64,000 bases of DNA. Origin: Mantamonas sphyraenae STR306 (Eukaryota > Protista > CRuMs). The stretch lies in NCBI GenBank assembly GCA_026936335.1, contig JAPMXV010000004.1, forward strand, positions 186,001-250,000. The letters are read 5' to 3'. Every line of letters begins with the position of its first letter. Position 1 is the stretch's first letter. Positions 22,746-34,611 of this stretch are shown in pieces. The translations under genes and the position numbers were made by a program. Below the pieces are notes generated by a model. It was given only the letters and a program-made list of their open reading frames with translations. It did no database searches and was not told the DNA's origin.

Positions 22746-22841
22746 CTCCGAGTTCTTTTGGGTCAAAACACGGGGCATCTCTGAATCAGCCTGTATTCGC
22801 ACATCTACTCATCCCACACACACAGAGAGAGACAGACCATG

Positions 22842-25514
22842 CTACACGTGCAGACGGGACAGTTGCTCGTTGAGGGTGTGGACGCGAATCTGCAGCGAGT
22901 CTGCGCTGACATCCTCAAAGGCGACAAAGGTCAGCGTGCGTTTCTCCCCAGGCGTCATCACAAAGCCATTGTCGTCAAATCTGCCCGGCACATCGTCGAC
23001 CAGCACCTGCACATGCGCAGCCAGGGTGTCGCTGCTCACTGTGACGGCAAACTCGCGCGGCGAATGCTTGGCCACGGAATCCACACGCACGTGCGCCGCA
23101 GGCACTCGTGCATACATGGGCTCATCCAACCACAGCACTTGTCGCTCTGCAGCATCGTTGTCCGTGTCCAGGAGCAACAGCAGCTCGTGCAGAGGCGCCT
23201 GGTTTGCCACCTCTCGCAGCGTGCTCACACTGATGTTGGTCACTGCAGGACACACCCGGTTGGCGTCACATCTCCATGACAGACTAAAGTTGTGTGCCAG
23301 CGACGCCGTTGGCCAATGCCACACCTGCAGCAGGCTGTGGCCGCCTTCCACAGGCGTAATCAGGTCATTGACAATGTCCAACTGCACTTGGCCTTCCATC
23401 CAGTCCACATGAAGCGATGGCAGCAACGACGCAAACACGCGTCGAACTGTGTGGTGCAGCAGCTTCCACCGTCCCGTGTAGTCCAGGCTGGACCACGACA
23501 CAGCCTGCCACACGTCGTTCAGCTGCCAGTAGATGATCCCATGTGTCTGTGCACGCTTCGCCCTGTCGCGTCGCCACAGTTGGAATGCTGTCGAGTAGAT
23601 TTGGGCCTGCTGCACCTGCACCAGGTACACCCATTCGCTCAGCGACACATTGGAAGGCACAGCGCCAAAATGCATCGCCAGCTGCTTCATCAGAGCACGC
23701 GTTCCATTCGGGTGCCGCATGCGGTACTCCAGCACCGGCGAGCCCACGTACAGATCCTCCTCCTTGGCAATCTCCCGCAGTGTGGACACACTGGGCCACG
23801 ACTGGAAGCCAAACTCGGACACAAACCGAGCCCGCGGATACACGCTCTCGTGATACAGGTTCGCGGTGTAGTTGTAAAAGTGAACATCGCCAATGTGAGG
23901 CGAGTAGACATCGCCCCACCGCCCGACAAACGGTGTCTCTTCCAGCACGCCGTTTGAAGGCGACGAAGGCCAAAACGGACGCGACGGATCCACAGCAGCC
24001 ACCGTGTGCTGCACGGTATCCAGCAGCGCCGCATAGTCGGCCACGTACAGAAACGGATTGCCTCCCTTGGCCAGGCTGTGTGTTTGAGGGTACCAGCCGC
24101 CCAGGGCAGCTTCGTTCTCGTTGCTGCCGCTCCACAGCACCACCGACGGATGCGAGCCCAGGCGCACCAGCTGATCCGTGATCTCTGCACGCACATTGTA
24201 GAGAAAGGCCTCATCGCGAGGATACATGGCACATGCCATCATCATCTCTTGCCACACCATGATGCCATTGCGGTCGCAAAAGTCGTAGAAGCCGTCCTCT
24301 TCAAAGTTCCCTCCACCCCACACGCGCACAACATTCATGTTCACGTCTCGTGCCGCTCCCAGCACGCGCTCGTAACGAGCCTCGCTCAGACGACCCGCAA
24401 AGTTGTCCAGTTGGATGTAGTTTGCGCCCTTTGCAAACACATCGTGGCCGTTGACGTTGAACTTGAAGGTGCGGCCGCCTTCCGGCGCGGGATCCTGCAC
24501 GATGCGAAAGTTACGGAAGCCCACGTGTTTGGTGTGTGTGTGTTTGCCCACCTGCACTTGCATTTCCAGCAGCGTCGGCTTCTTGTCCGCGCCCATTCCC
24601 CTGGGCCACCACAGCGCAACCACACTGTCTGTGGTCGCTGACAGCGTGTGGATGCCCTCTCCCGGGTAGACATCCACCTTTTCGTCCACGTGAATGTCTG
24701 TGCCTTCGATGCTCAAGGAAAACGGCACGTCGGCAAGTTGCGCCGACGCGCTCGTGTACACGTCCACCTCCACTCGCACCGTGCTCTCCGACAACCAATG
24801 CTGGCGAAACAGTACACGGTCGATGACAACGTCGTGCACGGGCACTAGGCCAATGCTGCGGTAGATCCCTGCCGGCGAAAACGCAGGACCCCAGTCCCAT
24901 CCAAAGTGAGCACTCACCTTGCGCACAAAGTTGCGATTCGGATACTGCACAATGTACTCGCTGTATGGCACAGTGTACGGTGTGCGCGCCATCATCTGCG
25001 CCGCGTACGCCACCGCACTTGAAAAGTGCACGCTGATATTGTTGCGACTGCCCGGTCCGTGCAGCACAGAACCTACTTCCACACGATACTCCCGGAACAT
25101 GTTGTCAGCCTGCAGAACCACCATTCCGTTGATTCGCACCTCTGCCGCCGTGTCCAATCCCAGGCACAGCAGCTGCACGCGCGGAGCAGCCACAGCTTGC
25201 ACAAATTCACGCGTCCACACCCACTCCTCCTCCGCCACCCATCTCAGACTCTGCTCATTGTAGCCGTAGTTTGGATCTCCAATCACTCCCGCTCGTTCCA
25301 GGTCGCTGTACTGGTCTCCTGGCACCACAGCGCCCACCTGGATGCTCCCATTCCCGTTCCGCAACGTCCACGCGCTTGCCGAGTCCAGCCACTGCGTCTC
25401 TGATTCTCCCACCTCGTCCACGGCACACACTGCACCCAGCGCAAGCACACACACACAGACGGCCAAAGCTGCCGTCACCGTCGACGCCACAACAGCAATT
25501 CTCCTCCTGTTCAT
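22842..25514 (-). CDS. MANBA: Beta-mannosidase, glycoside hydrolase family 2, with signal peptide/anchor; intronless
   Basis: HFGWDWGP, KGANYI, NMNVVRVWGGG, WSGSNENE (acid/base), RFVSEFGFQS (nucleophile), YWQLNDVW, WSSLDY and a hydrophobic N-terminus. Confidence 0.93.
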   Translation of the reverse strand: MNRRRIAVVASTVTAALAVCVCVLALGAVCAVDEVGESETQWLDSASAWTLRNGNGSIQVGAVVPGDQYSDLERAGVIGDPNYGYNEQSLRWVAEEEWVWTREFVQAVAAPRVQLLCLGLDTAAEVRINGMVVLQADNMFREYRVEVGSVLHGPGSRNNISVHFSSAVAYAAQMMARTPYTVPYSEYIVQYPNRNFVRKVSAHFGWDWGPAFSPAGIYRSIGLVPVHDVVIDRVLFRQHWLSESTVRVEVDVYTSASAQLADVPFSLSIEGTDIHVDEKVDVYPGEGIHTLSATTDSVVALWWPRGMGADKKPTLLEMQVQVGKHTHTKHVGFRNFRIVQDPAPEGGRTFKFNVNGHDVFAKGANYIQLDNFAGRLSEARYERVLGAARDVNMNVVRVWGGGNFEEDGFYDFCDRNGIMVWQEMMMACAMYPRDEAFLYNVRAEITDQLVRLGSHPSVVLWSGSNENEAALGGWYPQTHSLAKGGNPFLYVADYAALLDTVQHTVAAVDPSRPFWPSSPSNGVLEETPFVGRWGDVYSPHIGDVHFYNYTANLYHESVYPRARFVSEFGFQSWPSVSTLREIAKEEDLYVGSPVLEYRMRHPNGTRALMKQLAMHFGAVPSNVSLSEWVYLVQVQQAQIYSTAFQLWRRDRAKRAQTHGIIYWQLNDVWQAVSWSSLDYTGRWKLLHHTVRRVFASLLPSLHVDWMEGQVQLDIVNDLITPVEGGHSLLQVWHWPTASLAHNFSLSWRCDANRVCPAVTNISVSTLREVANQAPLHELLLLLDTDNDAAERQVLWLDEPMYARVPAAHVRVDSVAKHSPREFAVTVSSDTLAAHVQVLVDDVPGRFDDNGFVMTPGEKRTLTFVAFEDVSADSLQIRVHTLNEQLSRLHV

Positions 25515-25551
25515 TCTTTGTGTTTCGTTTGCCTGTCCATGCGCACACCCA

Positions 25552-27048
25552 TCACGCGTCACTCCTCTTCTCCAAGCTACCCTTGTACAACACGCCACCT
25601 GGGCGCAGTTCCGGCGGTCGGTTGTCCTTCTTCAGGTTCTTGCGCTTGCTGCGCACCTTGCCCTTTCCACGGCGCCTTGGTGCACCCTTTTCCCCGCGCT
25701 TTGGTTTGCCTTCGTCGTCCACGTCATCACCCGGTTCGCCATTGACCTTTCCCCCCTTGGCTCCCTTGGCCTTGGCTCGCTGCCATGCTTTCTTGGACTC
25801 CTTCTGCGCCTCTTCGGCCTCCGCCCACTGCTTGTCCTGCGATGGCAGCTCCTTTGATACGCTCATCACCTTGCCCGACGTCACATCCACTTCTGGAAAA
25901 TGGGATGCCTCGTCAAAGCCCATTCCCCACCGCGCCGCATGTCTTCCAGGCTCCCGGGACCCAGCAACAGCGGTCGTCTTTGCCCCCTTCTTCCCTCCCT
26001 TGCCCTTCTTTGCCCCCTTTTTCCCTGCATCCAAAGGCACCCGTGGCATCGCATTGCTCATCTGCTCGGATGTGTCTGTGTCATGCACAGCGCCCGTATC
26101 CAGATCGACGTCCACCAGCACCGTCTCCTCATCCTCAAACCCATGGCCCCAGCGTCCCGAATGCCGTCCTTTCGCCTTCTCCTTGCCACTATCCACATTT
26201 CCGTCCCGTTTGGTCTTCTTTCCCTTGCCCTTGCGGCTTTTGTTTACGGCTCCAGCGTCCAGAGGCACACGCGGTGCATCCCCCACTGGCATCACCGTGT
26301 CTTGCTCATTCTCCCCTCCACTCTCGTCCGTGCCTCCTTTGTTCGCCTGCTTCTTTTTGCTCTTTTTGTTCTTCTTCTTGCGCTTCTCCCGCTCCTCTTG
26401 CAGCACCGCCGCTGCTGCATTGGTCCGCGTCTTGCCACCGCTGCCACCTTTGGACGCCCCGTCTGTAGACTTGGACAAGAATGCCCCAGTCTTGCTCTCC
26501 TCCTGCTCTTCCTCCTCTTCGTTCATCCCATCGCCATGCTCCTTGCCCTCGCCGTCTTCGGCCGACTCCCCCTCCTCAGCTCGCTTCCGCCTCTTTTTCC
26601 TGGCCTCCAGCTTGTCCAGCTTCGCTTGCACTTTGTCTGCCACCCATCCGCCGCGTCCCGAAGACATGCGTGCACGTGCATCCTGCTTCTTGGGTTCCAC
26701 AAACCCTGCACCAGCTCGTCCTCGCAGAACCACCGGCTCGTCATCGTCGTCCGACTCGACCACTTCCTCTTCCTCGCTCTCCTCCTCTGGCTCCTTCCGC
26801 TTGCGTCCCCTCGCCGCCTCGGACTTCATCTTGCTGATCAGTTCGTCAGCTGCCTCGGATGACTTTTCCTTCAGTCGGTTCTGCAGCCGCGCCAGTGCCT
26901 CCTGACGTCGTTCAGCTTCGCGCTCCTCGCGGATCTGCTTCTTCGTCTTGCCCACATCCTTCTCCGACTTGCTGCCCGCCACAGACGCCTTGTTGCCTGT
27001 CGTTACTGCCGCCTGTCCTACCGCAGACTTGAGCTTCTTCTTGCCCAT
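25552..27048 (-). CDS. Lys/Glu-rich, probably nucleolar, protein of unknown function
   Basis: 498-aa ORF starting MGKKKLK, highly charged, with an internal duplication (PRVPLDAG...GRH..RWG.GF twice) and basic C-terminus RSKRKNLKKDNRP. Confidence 0.75.
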   Translation of the reverse strand: MGKKKLKSAVGQAAVTTGNKASVAGSKSEKDVGKTKKQIREEREAERRQEALARLQNRLKEKSSEAADELISKMKSEAARGRKRKEPEEESEEEEVVESDDDDEPVVLRGRAGAGFVEPKKQDARARMSSGRGGWVADKVQAKLDKLEARKKRRKRAEEGESAEDGEGKEHGDGMNEEEEEQEESKTGAFLSKSTDGASKGGSGGKTRTNAAAAVLQEEREKRKKKNKKSKKKQANKGGTDESGGENEQDTVMPVGDAPRVPLDAGAVNKSRKGKGKKTKRDGNVDSGKEKAKGRHSGRWGHGFEDEETVLVDVDLDTGAVHDTDTSEQMSNAMPRVPLDAGKKGAKKGKGGKKGAKTTAVAGSREPGRHAARWGMGFDEASHFPEVDVTSGKVMSVSKELPSQDKQWAEAEEAQKESKKAWQRAKAKGAKGGKVNGEPGDDVDDEGKPKRGEKGAPRRRGKGKVRSKRKNLKKDNRPPELRPGGVLYKGSLEKRSDA

Positions 27049-27110
27049 CTCCCGTGCTGTGTGTGTTGCGCTGCGTCCGCAAGCGCACCCAGCCCAGTCC
27101 CCATCCTCCC

Positions 27111-28284
27111 ATGACCTTTGTCGATTCGTCGCTGCTGTCGACGCCGACTCAGGTGATACTGGCCAACTTGGTCATGTTCCTTTCCCAGATCCTCTTTGCC
27201 AGCATGCACGTCGTCGGCAAGATCATCGCCAACGCTGGCCAGTCCGCTGTGGGCACCGCCCTATTCCGGGTCACCATCGCTTCGCCCCTCCTCCTCCTTT
27301 TTGCCCGCTGGTTTGAACCCCAGCAATGGAAGCCGCCCCGTGAGCATCTGCCCAGGCTGTTTTGGATGGGAGTCACCGGCATCACATTCAATCAGATGTC
27401 CTGGGCCCTGGCCGTTTACTTCACAAACGGTGCGTGAACTGCTGTGTCACCCATTGCCTTCCCCCCCACCGCGTTGCGTTTCCCCCGACTCCCCGACCCC
27501 TTGGCCATCCACTCACAGCTCGGGGTCTCGGGACTGGTCGTCTGACATCCTGCCTTCCGCAGCCACCACTGTGGGCCTGATTCAGCCGCTAGCTCCGATT
27601 TTCACCTACATCATTGCCGTGGCCGTGCGCAAGGAGCAAGCCACTCGCATCAAGACCCTTGCTGTGGTCATTTCCGTCGGAGGCGCCCTCACCGTCCTGC
27701 CCTGGGATTCCGTCCAGCTCGGCGGCTCCTCCGACGTCCTCATCGGCTTCCTGTTTGGCATCTGCAACGTTGTTTCCTACAGCAGCTTCATTGTCATCCA
27801 GCGCCCTCTCCTTGGCGTCGTGCCACCACTCACTCTCACCGCCTGGTCATTTGTATTTGGCCTGCTGTGCGAATACGCGATCGCCCTCGTTGCGTTTGCT
27901 GCCGGCAACCCCTCTGTGTTCCAGCTGCAGGCAAGCGTCCTGTGGCATCTTTTGTACATTTCCGTGGTGGTCACTGCTGGCGGCTACGCGGTGATGATGT
28001 GGGCTGCCAAACACGCCTCGCCAAGCAACATCTCCGTCATCGCCACCTTTCAGCCAATCTGGGTGGTCCTTCTCTCCCTGCTCATCCTGCCTCACCCACT
28101 CTTGGTCAATGAGCTTGTTGGTGGCTCTCTCATCCTCATCGGCATGCTCGTGATGGTGTATGCGCGGCGCAAGGAGATTCGCGCCTCACGCACCCTTCAA
28201 GACATGGCCGAACTGTCCCAGCTCGACGACCTGCCTGCCCACCACAAGCTGGAGGAGGTCCGTGACGACGCTGAGGAGGCCTGA
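27111..28284 (+). CDS. EamA/DMT-family (WAT1-like) membrane transporter; exons 27111-27429 and 27563-28284
   Basis: About 10 TM helices in two EamA-like repeats (LFRVTIA, QPLAPIFTYIIAVAVRKE, FQPIWVVLLSLLIL). Intron 27430-27562. Confidence 0.88.
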
Positions 28285-28296
28285 TCCTTCACACCT

Positions 28297-31200
28297 TCAC
28301 ATGCGGCCGGGGTCCTCGTTGTTCAGCGCTTCGAAGCACGTGTCGCACACGCGCACCGGCGTGTAATACTTCAGCGCCAGGATGCGGTGCACATGGCTCG
28401 AACAGGCGTTGCAAAAGATTTTGCCGCAGTTGCGGCAGTGGTGTTTGCGTGTCACCAGGGTGAACTTGGTGCGGCATCCCGCACAATGTGAAACAAACTT
28501 GTCCTTGACCCAGCCCGCCTGCCGTGCCTCCTCCACATCCCTCTGCTTACCCAGCACCTCTCCATTGGTCATGTACACGCTAGTCGGCCGTGCCACCTTG
28601 CTCCGGCCCTCGCGCATGCTCATGGACTCTTTGCCCCCACCCGCGTCTCCTCCACCGCCCCTGCCTGCAAGTGACGACCCACTGCTACTGCTACCACCAG
28701 TCCACGACGCAGGTCCACTACTTCCCGAGCTTCTGCCTGTGTCTCCTCCAAACCCGCCTCCTCCGCTGCTTCCCCCAGCCCCTTGACTCTTCACCTGAGG
28801 TTGCGCCAGCGGCCAGCCATCTTCCGACACCTTCCATGCGCCCGTGGTTGTGGCACCAAACCCCAGTGGTCCGTCTTTGCTCGCGTCCTCCACCACGGCG
28901 TGCACTTGGTTTGCCCCGTTTGCGCGTTCGTGCTCCAGCGCTCGCGCCAACGTCGCTTTCTCCTCCACCAACTGCCGCAGCAGTGCACGCAACACCGCTG
29001 GGTCCTCACTGTCCATCCCTGTCACGTCGTCTCCTTCTGCACCGTACCACTCTGTCACGTCCGAGTCCAGGTCCTCGTCGTCCAGCTCCACAGCCTCGTC
29101 CTCCAACCCCATCACCACACCGCCGTCGATGCTGTTATTGACTGTGTCCCATCGCACGCGCACGGGTGTTTCACCCGTCCTGGCGGCCAGTTCCTCCAGC
29201 GCGGCGCCCACAATCTCACCCACGACCCATGCCACTGCCCGCTCGGCCTGCAGATCTTCGATCTGGTCCAGCAATTGCGACGCAAGGCCCTCTGCTTGCA
29301 GAAGTTGTTGCTGCTTATGGACACACTCGTTTACCAGCTGCGTGTGCGTGTCCGACACGCTCACGTATGCTTTTGTTGGGTACAACGACGAATCCCAGCG
29401 CAGATAGTATCGTTTCCATGGCACCAGATTCGCCAAGTGGCAGTTGGCAAACAGCACTTCCTTCGTGTCTCTGTACAGCGCCTGTGCCGCTTCCGAGTCC
29501 TCGTCGTTGCTGCCCAGGCCCAAGTTGCCCAGCGAATCCTGCAGCAGCGCCTTCTTGGCATAGTAGAGCTCGTTCACAAACTCGTTGCGCCTCGCCTCCA
29601 CCGCCACAAACACACTCTCAGTTTGGTCGGCCACCTTGAGCTGCACACGCTCTGCCTCGCAGTTGAACAGAAACGTGCCGTACTCGCACGTGTACACGCT
29701 GTCCACCAGAAACACCAGTAGGTGTTCGTTGAACTCAAAGTCGCCCGGAAACATCTGCATCAGCTGGAACACCGCCTCCATGAACTGTAGAAACACAGGC
29801 GACCATTCCTCGCTTTTGGCATCCGAATGGCCGTTGCGATCGCCAAACTTGAATCCAACTGTGTGTGTGTGTGTGTAGGTGGGTGGGTGGGTGTGTCAGT
29901 GGGTGCCTCAACATGCCAACCTTGCATCGTCGCAACCACAACGCACAACTGAGCCATTCTTTTTCCAGCAACACCTCGAATCCTTCCAGGGTGCGGTAGA
30001 ACGGGTCCAGCATGATCTGACTCAACGCCGTCAGTTGCGAGGTGCGATCCCAGCCGTCGCTGCAGTGCACCCACACGCTTTTGTGCATGCAGATGAGGTC
30101 CACGATGCGCCGTGCACCCTTCATGATCTGAAGAATGTGTCGCAGCCACCCTTCCGCAACAGACATGCTCCACTGGCTGTTGTCTGCCACAGCATCCCTG
30201 CACATGTGGCGCATCTTGTGCCAGCTCTCACGCATCACATGGATGTTCTCAATGTCCATAAACTCCAGCTTGGCGTTGTCGTAGTTTTCCATGTTTTCGT
30301 ACCCTGCTCCCTTGACACGGTTGCCCACGGCGTTCTTTTGCGGCCGTGCGTCCAACACATACAACGCAAAGTCCTTGGCCATGTTCCCGTCGTCCAGAGG
30401 CGGGTGCTCCTCCGTGTTGACCCACACAGCTTTGGTGATGCTTCGCAACAGCCGCTCGTCCGCCTCGTTGCGGATAGACTTGAGTCCCACCAGAGGCTGA
30501 CTGCTGCGACACAAAGCCGCGCCGCGTTTGCCGTCGTCAAACATGCGCATCCAGCACATGGCCGGCACACGGCCCTTGCTGCGAAACTCGCGGCAGTCCC
30601 ACAGTTGCACGTCGTCCACAGTGCTCGGCACCACCAGCTGCGATGGATAAGTCGGTGCAAACTCGTACTCATAATTCACATAGCTGATGCGCCACGGATT
30701 GCTGCGGATCCTGCCCGACTGCCGCTCCTCCTGTGTTCGCAAGAAGCCCATGCGTGTAAACTCCTCCTCCAGCTCGTAGCGGTAGTAGCACTGCGGACGC
30801 ACAGTTTCGTTTGGCATAGACACCCGATCCTCCTCCTCGACATCAATGCTCCTGAGAACAGAGGTTTGCCGCATCAGCATCCACGATTGGTCCACTTCCT
30901 CCAACGCAAATTCGTTGCCGTCGTTGCTGCTACTCCCGCTGCTGCTTGCACTGATGCCATGGCCACTGCTACTGCTGCTACTGCTGCTCCCAGACAAGGA
31001 TAGCTTGCCTGTGTGTGCATTCAGCTTTGGCAACGCCGCTATCCTCCACCCGTTGCCGCTTTCGTACTGTTGGACCCAGCGCTCGTTGAGCCACGGCGCC
31101 ACTCTTCCAAAGCCCTCCGCAGGGCCTTGCCTGCGCCGTGACGAGCCCCCACGCATGCTGCGCTGCTTCATCAGCTCTGTGTAGCGCTCAAAGGCATAAA

Positions 31201-31738
31201 TGTACAGGTGTTGCTCGTCCACGTAGTCGCTCATGCCGTCACGAAACGACACCCACTGCTCGCTGTTGAACCGCTCGTCCTCTTCCGCGCCGTCTCCCGC
31301 TCGCTGGAATGCAAAGCGCAGCTCGCGCATATCGTAACACTTGATCAGCATCACGTCTGTCTCCCCTCGTGTCGCCTTGACCTCGTAGATGTTGGTGTGG
31401 TACGTCTGCGACGCATGTCAGCATCCACGCACCCCGGGTGCCTCTTTTTCCACGCCGTTTGTCTCCACACCACCACACAACCCACCTGTGCTTCCTGCGG
31501 ATCTCGCTCGTATGTGCTAAACAGCACCCTGTAGTTTGTCATCAGCAGCGACCCGCGCACCATGTAGGGCCGACTCGACACCGTCGCCACAAGCGAAACA
31601 CCCTTTACGTGCGCCACCTGTTGCTCAGGCAGATACAGCGTCGTTTCCCTACGCCAAGGCGTGTGTGTGTGTGTGTGTGTATGTGTGAGTGAGTGGGGCT
31701 TGGTGGGTTTGGCATTCCTTGAGGCAAGAAACCAACAT
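28297..31738 (-). CDS. Catalytically active myotubularin phosphoinositide 3-phosphatase (PH-GRAM, PTP, coiled coil, FYVE; MTMR3/4-like); exons 31738-31737, 31648-31486, 31405-29947, 29858-28297
   Basis: [20 protein letters not shown]...[38 protein letters not shown]|FGFKFGDR after splicing 29859-29946, FYVE WVKD...RKHHCRNCG...VRVC. The 5' end is less certain. Confidence 0.9.
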
Positions 31739-31769
31739 GTTTGAGTTTGATGGAAGCCCGCGGAACCCT

Positions 31770-32076
31770 TCATTCTTCCTCGTCCCCATCCTCGCCATCT
31801 TTCTTGTTCTGGAGCTGTGCCGACGGCATAATGATAAACTTGCCACCCTGGAAAAACAACATGCTGTCTGTGCGCTTCCGCATGAACCTGCGCGCTTGCT
31901 CCACGTCCTGTCGCGCGTCCCCCACATCTGGTTGGCTCAGCAGCTGGTGCATCGACTCCACTTCCACGTCGCCTGCGCTGCTGCTTCCTCCGCTGCTGCT
32001 CATTCCCGACGCAGACAGCGAGGCTGTGCTTCCGAGACCGTCGCCGTTGCTTGTGCTTGTGCTTGTGCTGGTGCTT

Positions 32077-32116
<40 letters not shown>

Positions 32117-34475
32117 CCAGGTTCCCACCTGAGCTCAGCTGCGCAGCGACTCCGTTCTCTTGTCCGTTGGCATTGCTTGCATCGCCCGAACTGTCTCCGC
32201 CACCGCTCAGAAGCTGCTTGCGCATCGACCCTTCAATGCCCACGCCCACGCCAGGGTACAGCGAAAGGCTATTGATGCGGTTGCGCTTGGCCAACATAAT
32301 GTGACCCACAGAAGAAGCAGAACCGCGCGGTGACACCTCGCCATCCTCGCTCTGCGACGCCTGCCGCGTTGCCACGCGCAACAAATCCCGAGAGCCTCCA
32401 CCCGACGCGCTCATAGGCCCACGCAGCGCAGACATCGAATCACGGCGCACCATCTCACGAGCCCCTTTGCGCGTACGAAGCTCCTCCGTTGCCTGCTGCT
32501 GGCCGTGCGATGGCTTGCGCAGCAGATTGTGCATCGACTGCACCTCCACCTCTTCCTCCTCCTCCGTCTCCTCTTCCAGCGACTCTTCTGCCTCGATTTG
32601 AGTCGCCCTCGCAATCGCCTGTCGTCGCAAACTGGCCAGCTTTGCTCCGCCGCCGTACATGATGGCGCTGTCTGCGCGCTTCATACGTGTACGCAAGCCG
32701 TGAGAGTCACTGTTGCTGTTGCTCGGCTTGCGCAGCAGCTGGTGCATCGGCTGCACCTTTGCTCGTGTGCTTTCGCCCTCTGTGGACCCGGCCTCTTCCT
32801 CGTCCGAATCTGTGTTGGTGTTGGTTGTTGTGACCGTCTCCTTCAACAATCGCTCCTTTTCCGCTTTCGTCCTCTGCACCGCGGCCACACGGCGCAGTGC
32901 CTCGCCTTGCATCCCTCTTCCTTTTCCTTTGATCAGGGTCATGCTATCCACGCGCTGGCCCAGTCCACGCTGTCGCCTCTGCAACTCCTGGCTCACTTCC
33001 TCGCTCTGCGGCTTCTCCAGCAACTGGTGCATCTTCTCCACCTTGGCTTCTTGTGCCTCCTGCGCCTGTTCAATCAGTCGCTTGCGCAGCTGCACCGACG
33101 ACAGAAAGTGGTTCTGCTGCCCACTCTGGTACAGCGTAGTCGAATCTGCACGCTGCCGACGCCACATCTGCTTCACACTATCCGCATCCCTGCCTCCACG
33201 CCCGTCTCCATCCTCCTCCGTCGTTGTCGACACGGATGCCGCCGATGACGTCGTTGTGTTGGACGATTCCTGGCCCGATTCGTCGCTGCCTGCGTCGCCA
33301 GCTCCCCCACCGCCTCCCTGTCCTCCTGCGCCGCCTGCCATGCCTTCCATGTTCTGCCGTGCGTTCAACAGGGCTTGTCTACGCATGTCCTTCAGGTTGA
33401 CGCCACCCTGGTAAATTGTCATGGAGTCAACACGCGTGCGCTGTGGCATGCCACTCGCGCCTGTGTTTCCACCGCCTGTGCTGTTGATACCTCCCGACGA
33501 TGCGCCTGACCCTTTGCCATCTGTCTTGGTCGACCCGCCGCTGCTTTGGCTGCCGCCACTGCCTGTGCTGCTGCTGCGTGCGCGCGCGTACCGGTTGAGC
33601 ACGTCATTGCCTTTTGTGGCCTCTTCCAACGCCGCCTGTTCCGCTGCCTCCTCCACCTCGTTCACGCCTGCGTCGTCCGCCTCCTCCGCCGACCCATCCA
33701 CCTCTGTGCTAATCATCTTCTCCACTTCATCCTCATCACGCTCTTTCGCTTCCATCTTGCGTCGCAGGCGCTTGCGTGTGCGATCGCTCAGGATCACCAC
33801 ATCGGCAAACAAGTTTTCCGGAAAGCTCTCCGTTTCCCGCTCCTGAATCACGATTTCCGGGAGCATCACGTCCTCCTCGTCCACGTTGCCGCTGCCACTG
33901 CTGCTTGACAACGCTCCTGCCGTCGAACCGCTGTCCTCGCTGTTCAGGTCGGTGTGGCCCACATCCGTCAGGTAAATCGCATCCTGCAGCGACAGGGTGG
34001 CCATCACGTCCTCCACCCACACCTGCTTCGTGTCCAATTCCAGGTCGTCAAACAAAAGCGGCCTCTTTGCCTGTTCCTCCGTGCGTCCTTTGCTCTTGTT
34101 GTACGCCTCCACTGTGGCTGCGACCAGTGATCGCACCAGTTCGCCAATCGTCGCTCCCCTCTCGGGCTTCTGCTGCGCCTCCTTCAGGTCCATGCCAGGC
34201 AATTCCGAGTCCATCACGTGTGAAATCAGCACAGAGAACACCGAGCGCAGCACAGACTCAATCTGCTCCACCAGCTCCTCGTCGTCCTCGTTCTCGCCGT
34301 CCAGTTCGATGGCCACTGCCTCCAGCTGCGTCACAATCGAGGCAAACGTCAGCACCGCCTGCGGATCCACAGATCCCGGCAGGGACAGCAGTGTCGTCAG
34401 CGGAATGGCCATGGTGCGGCCCTTCAGCTGTGCAATCACCGCTTCGGGCAGTTCCGTTCGAAAGGAAGTCGTCAT
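31770..34475 (-). CDS. Orphan about 900-aa protein: helical N-terminal domain plus disordered region with repeated RxDS and MHQLLxKP motifs
   Basis: Long ORF with coding-like codon usage, first plausible ATG at 34475 (MTTSFRTELP), recurrent peptide motifs, and AATGAA overlapping its stop. Confidence 0.75.
32050..32115. repeat. Hexamer tandem repeat (GTGCTY)n encoding a (Ser-Thr)n tract on the minus strand
   Basis: About 11 copies of gtgctt/gtgctc visible. Confidence 0.9.
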
Positions 34476-34611
34476 TGTCGTGCTGGCCACAGCGCAGCCT
34501 CTTCGAGTTGCCACAACGGAGAACAGGGGAAGAGGGCAGGGCGTGTTCATGTTTATGGTTTGACCTTTCTTCCATCCTTGCGCACACCAGACCAACCGCA
34601 CGTCGTGACAC

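Noticed and set aside
31700-31772. TGA readthrough or recoding (Trp/Sec) joining the repeat protein to myotubularin
   Set aside because: The readthrough frame has no donor in the phase needed for the 31648 acceptor, TGA is the usual stop across the window, and AATGAA overlaps this stop.
32050-32115. Tandem repeats as CRISPR or telomeric arrays
   Set aside because: These are simple coding microsatellites with no spacers, no cas genes and no telomere motif.
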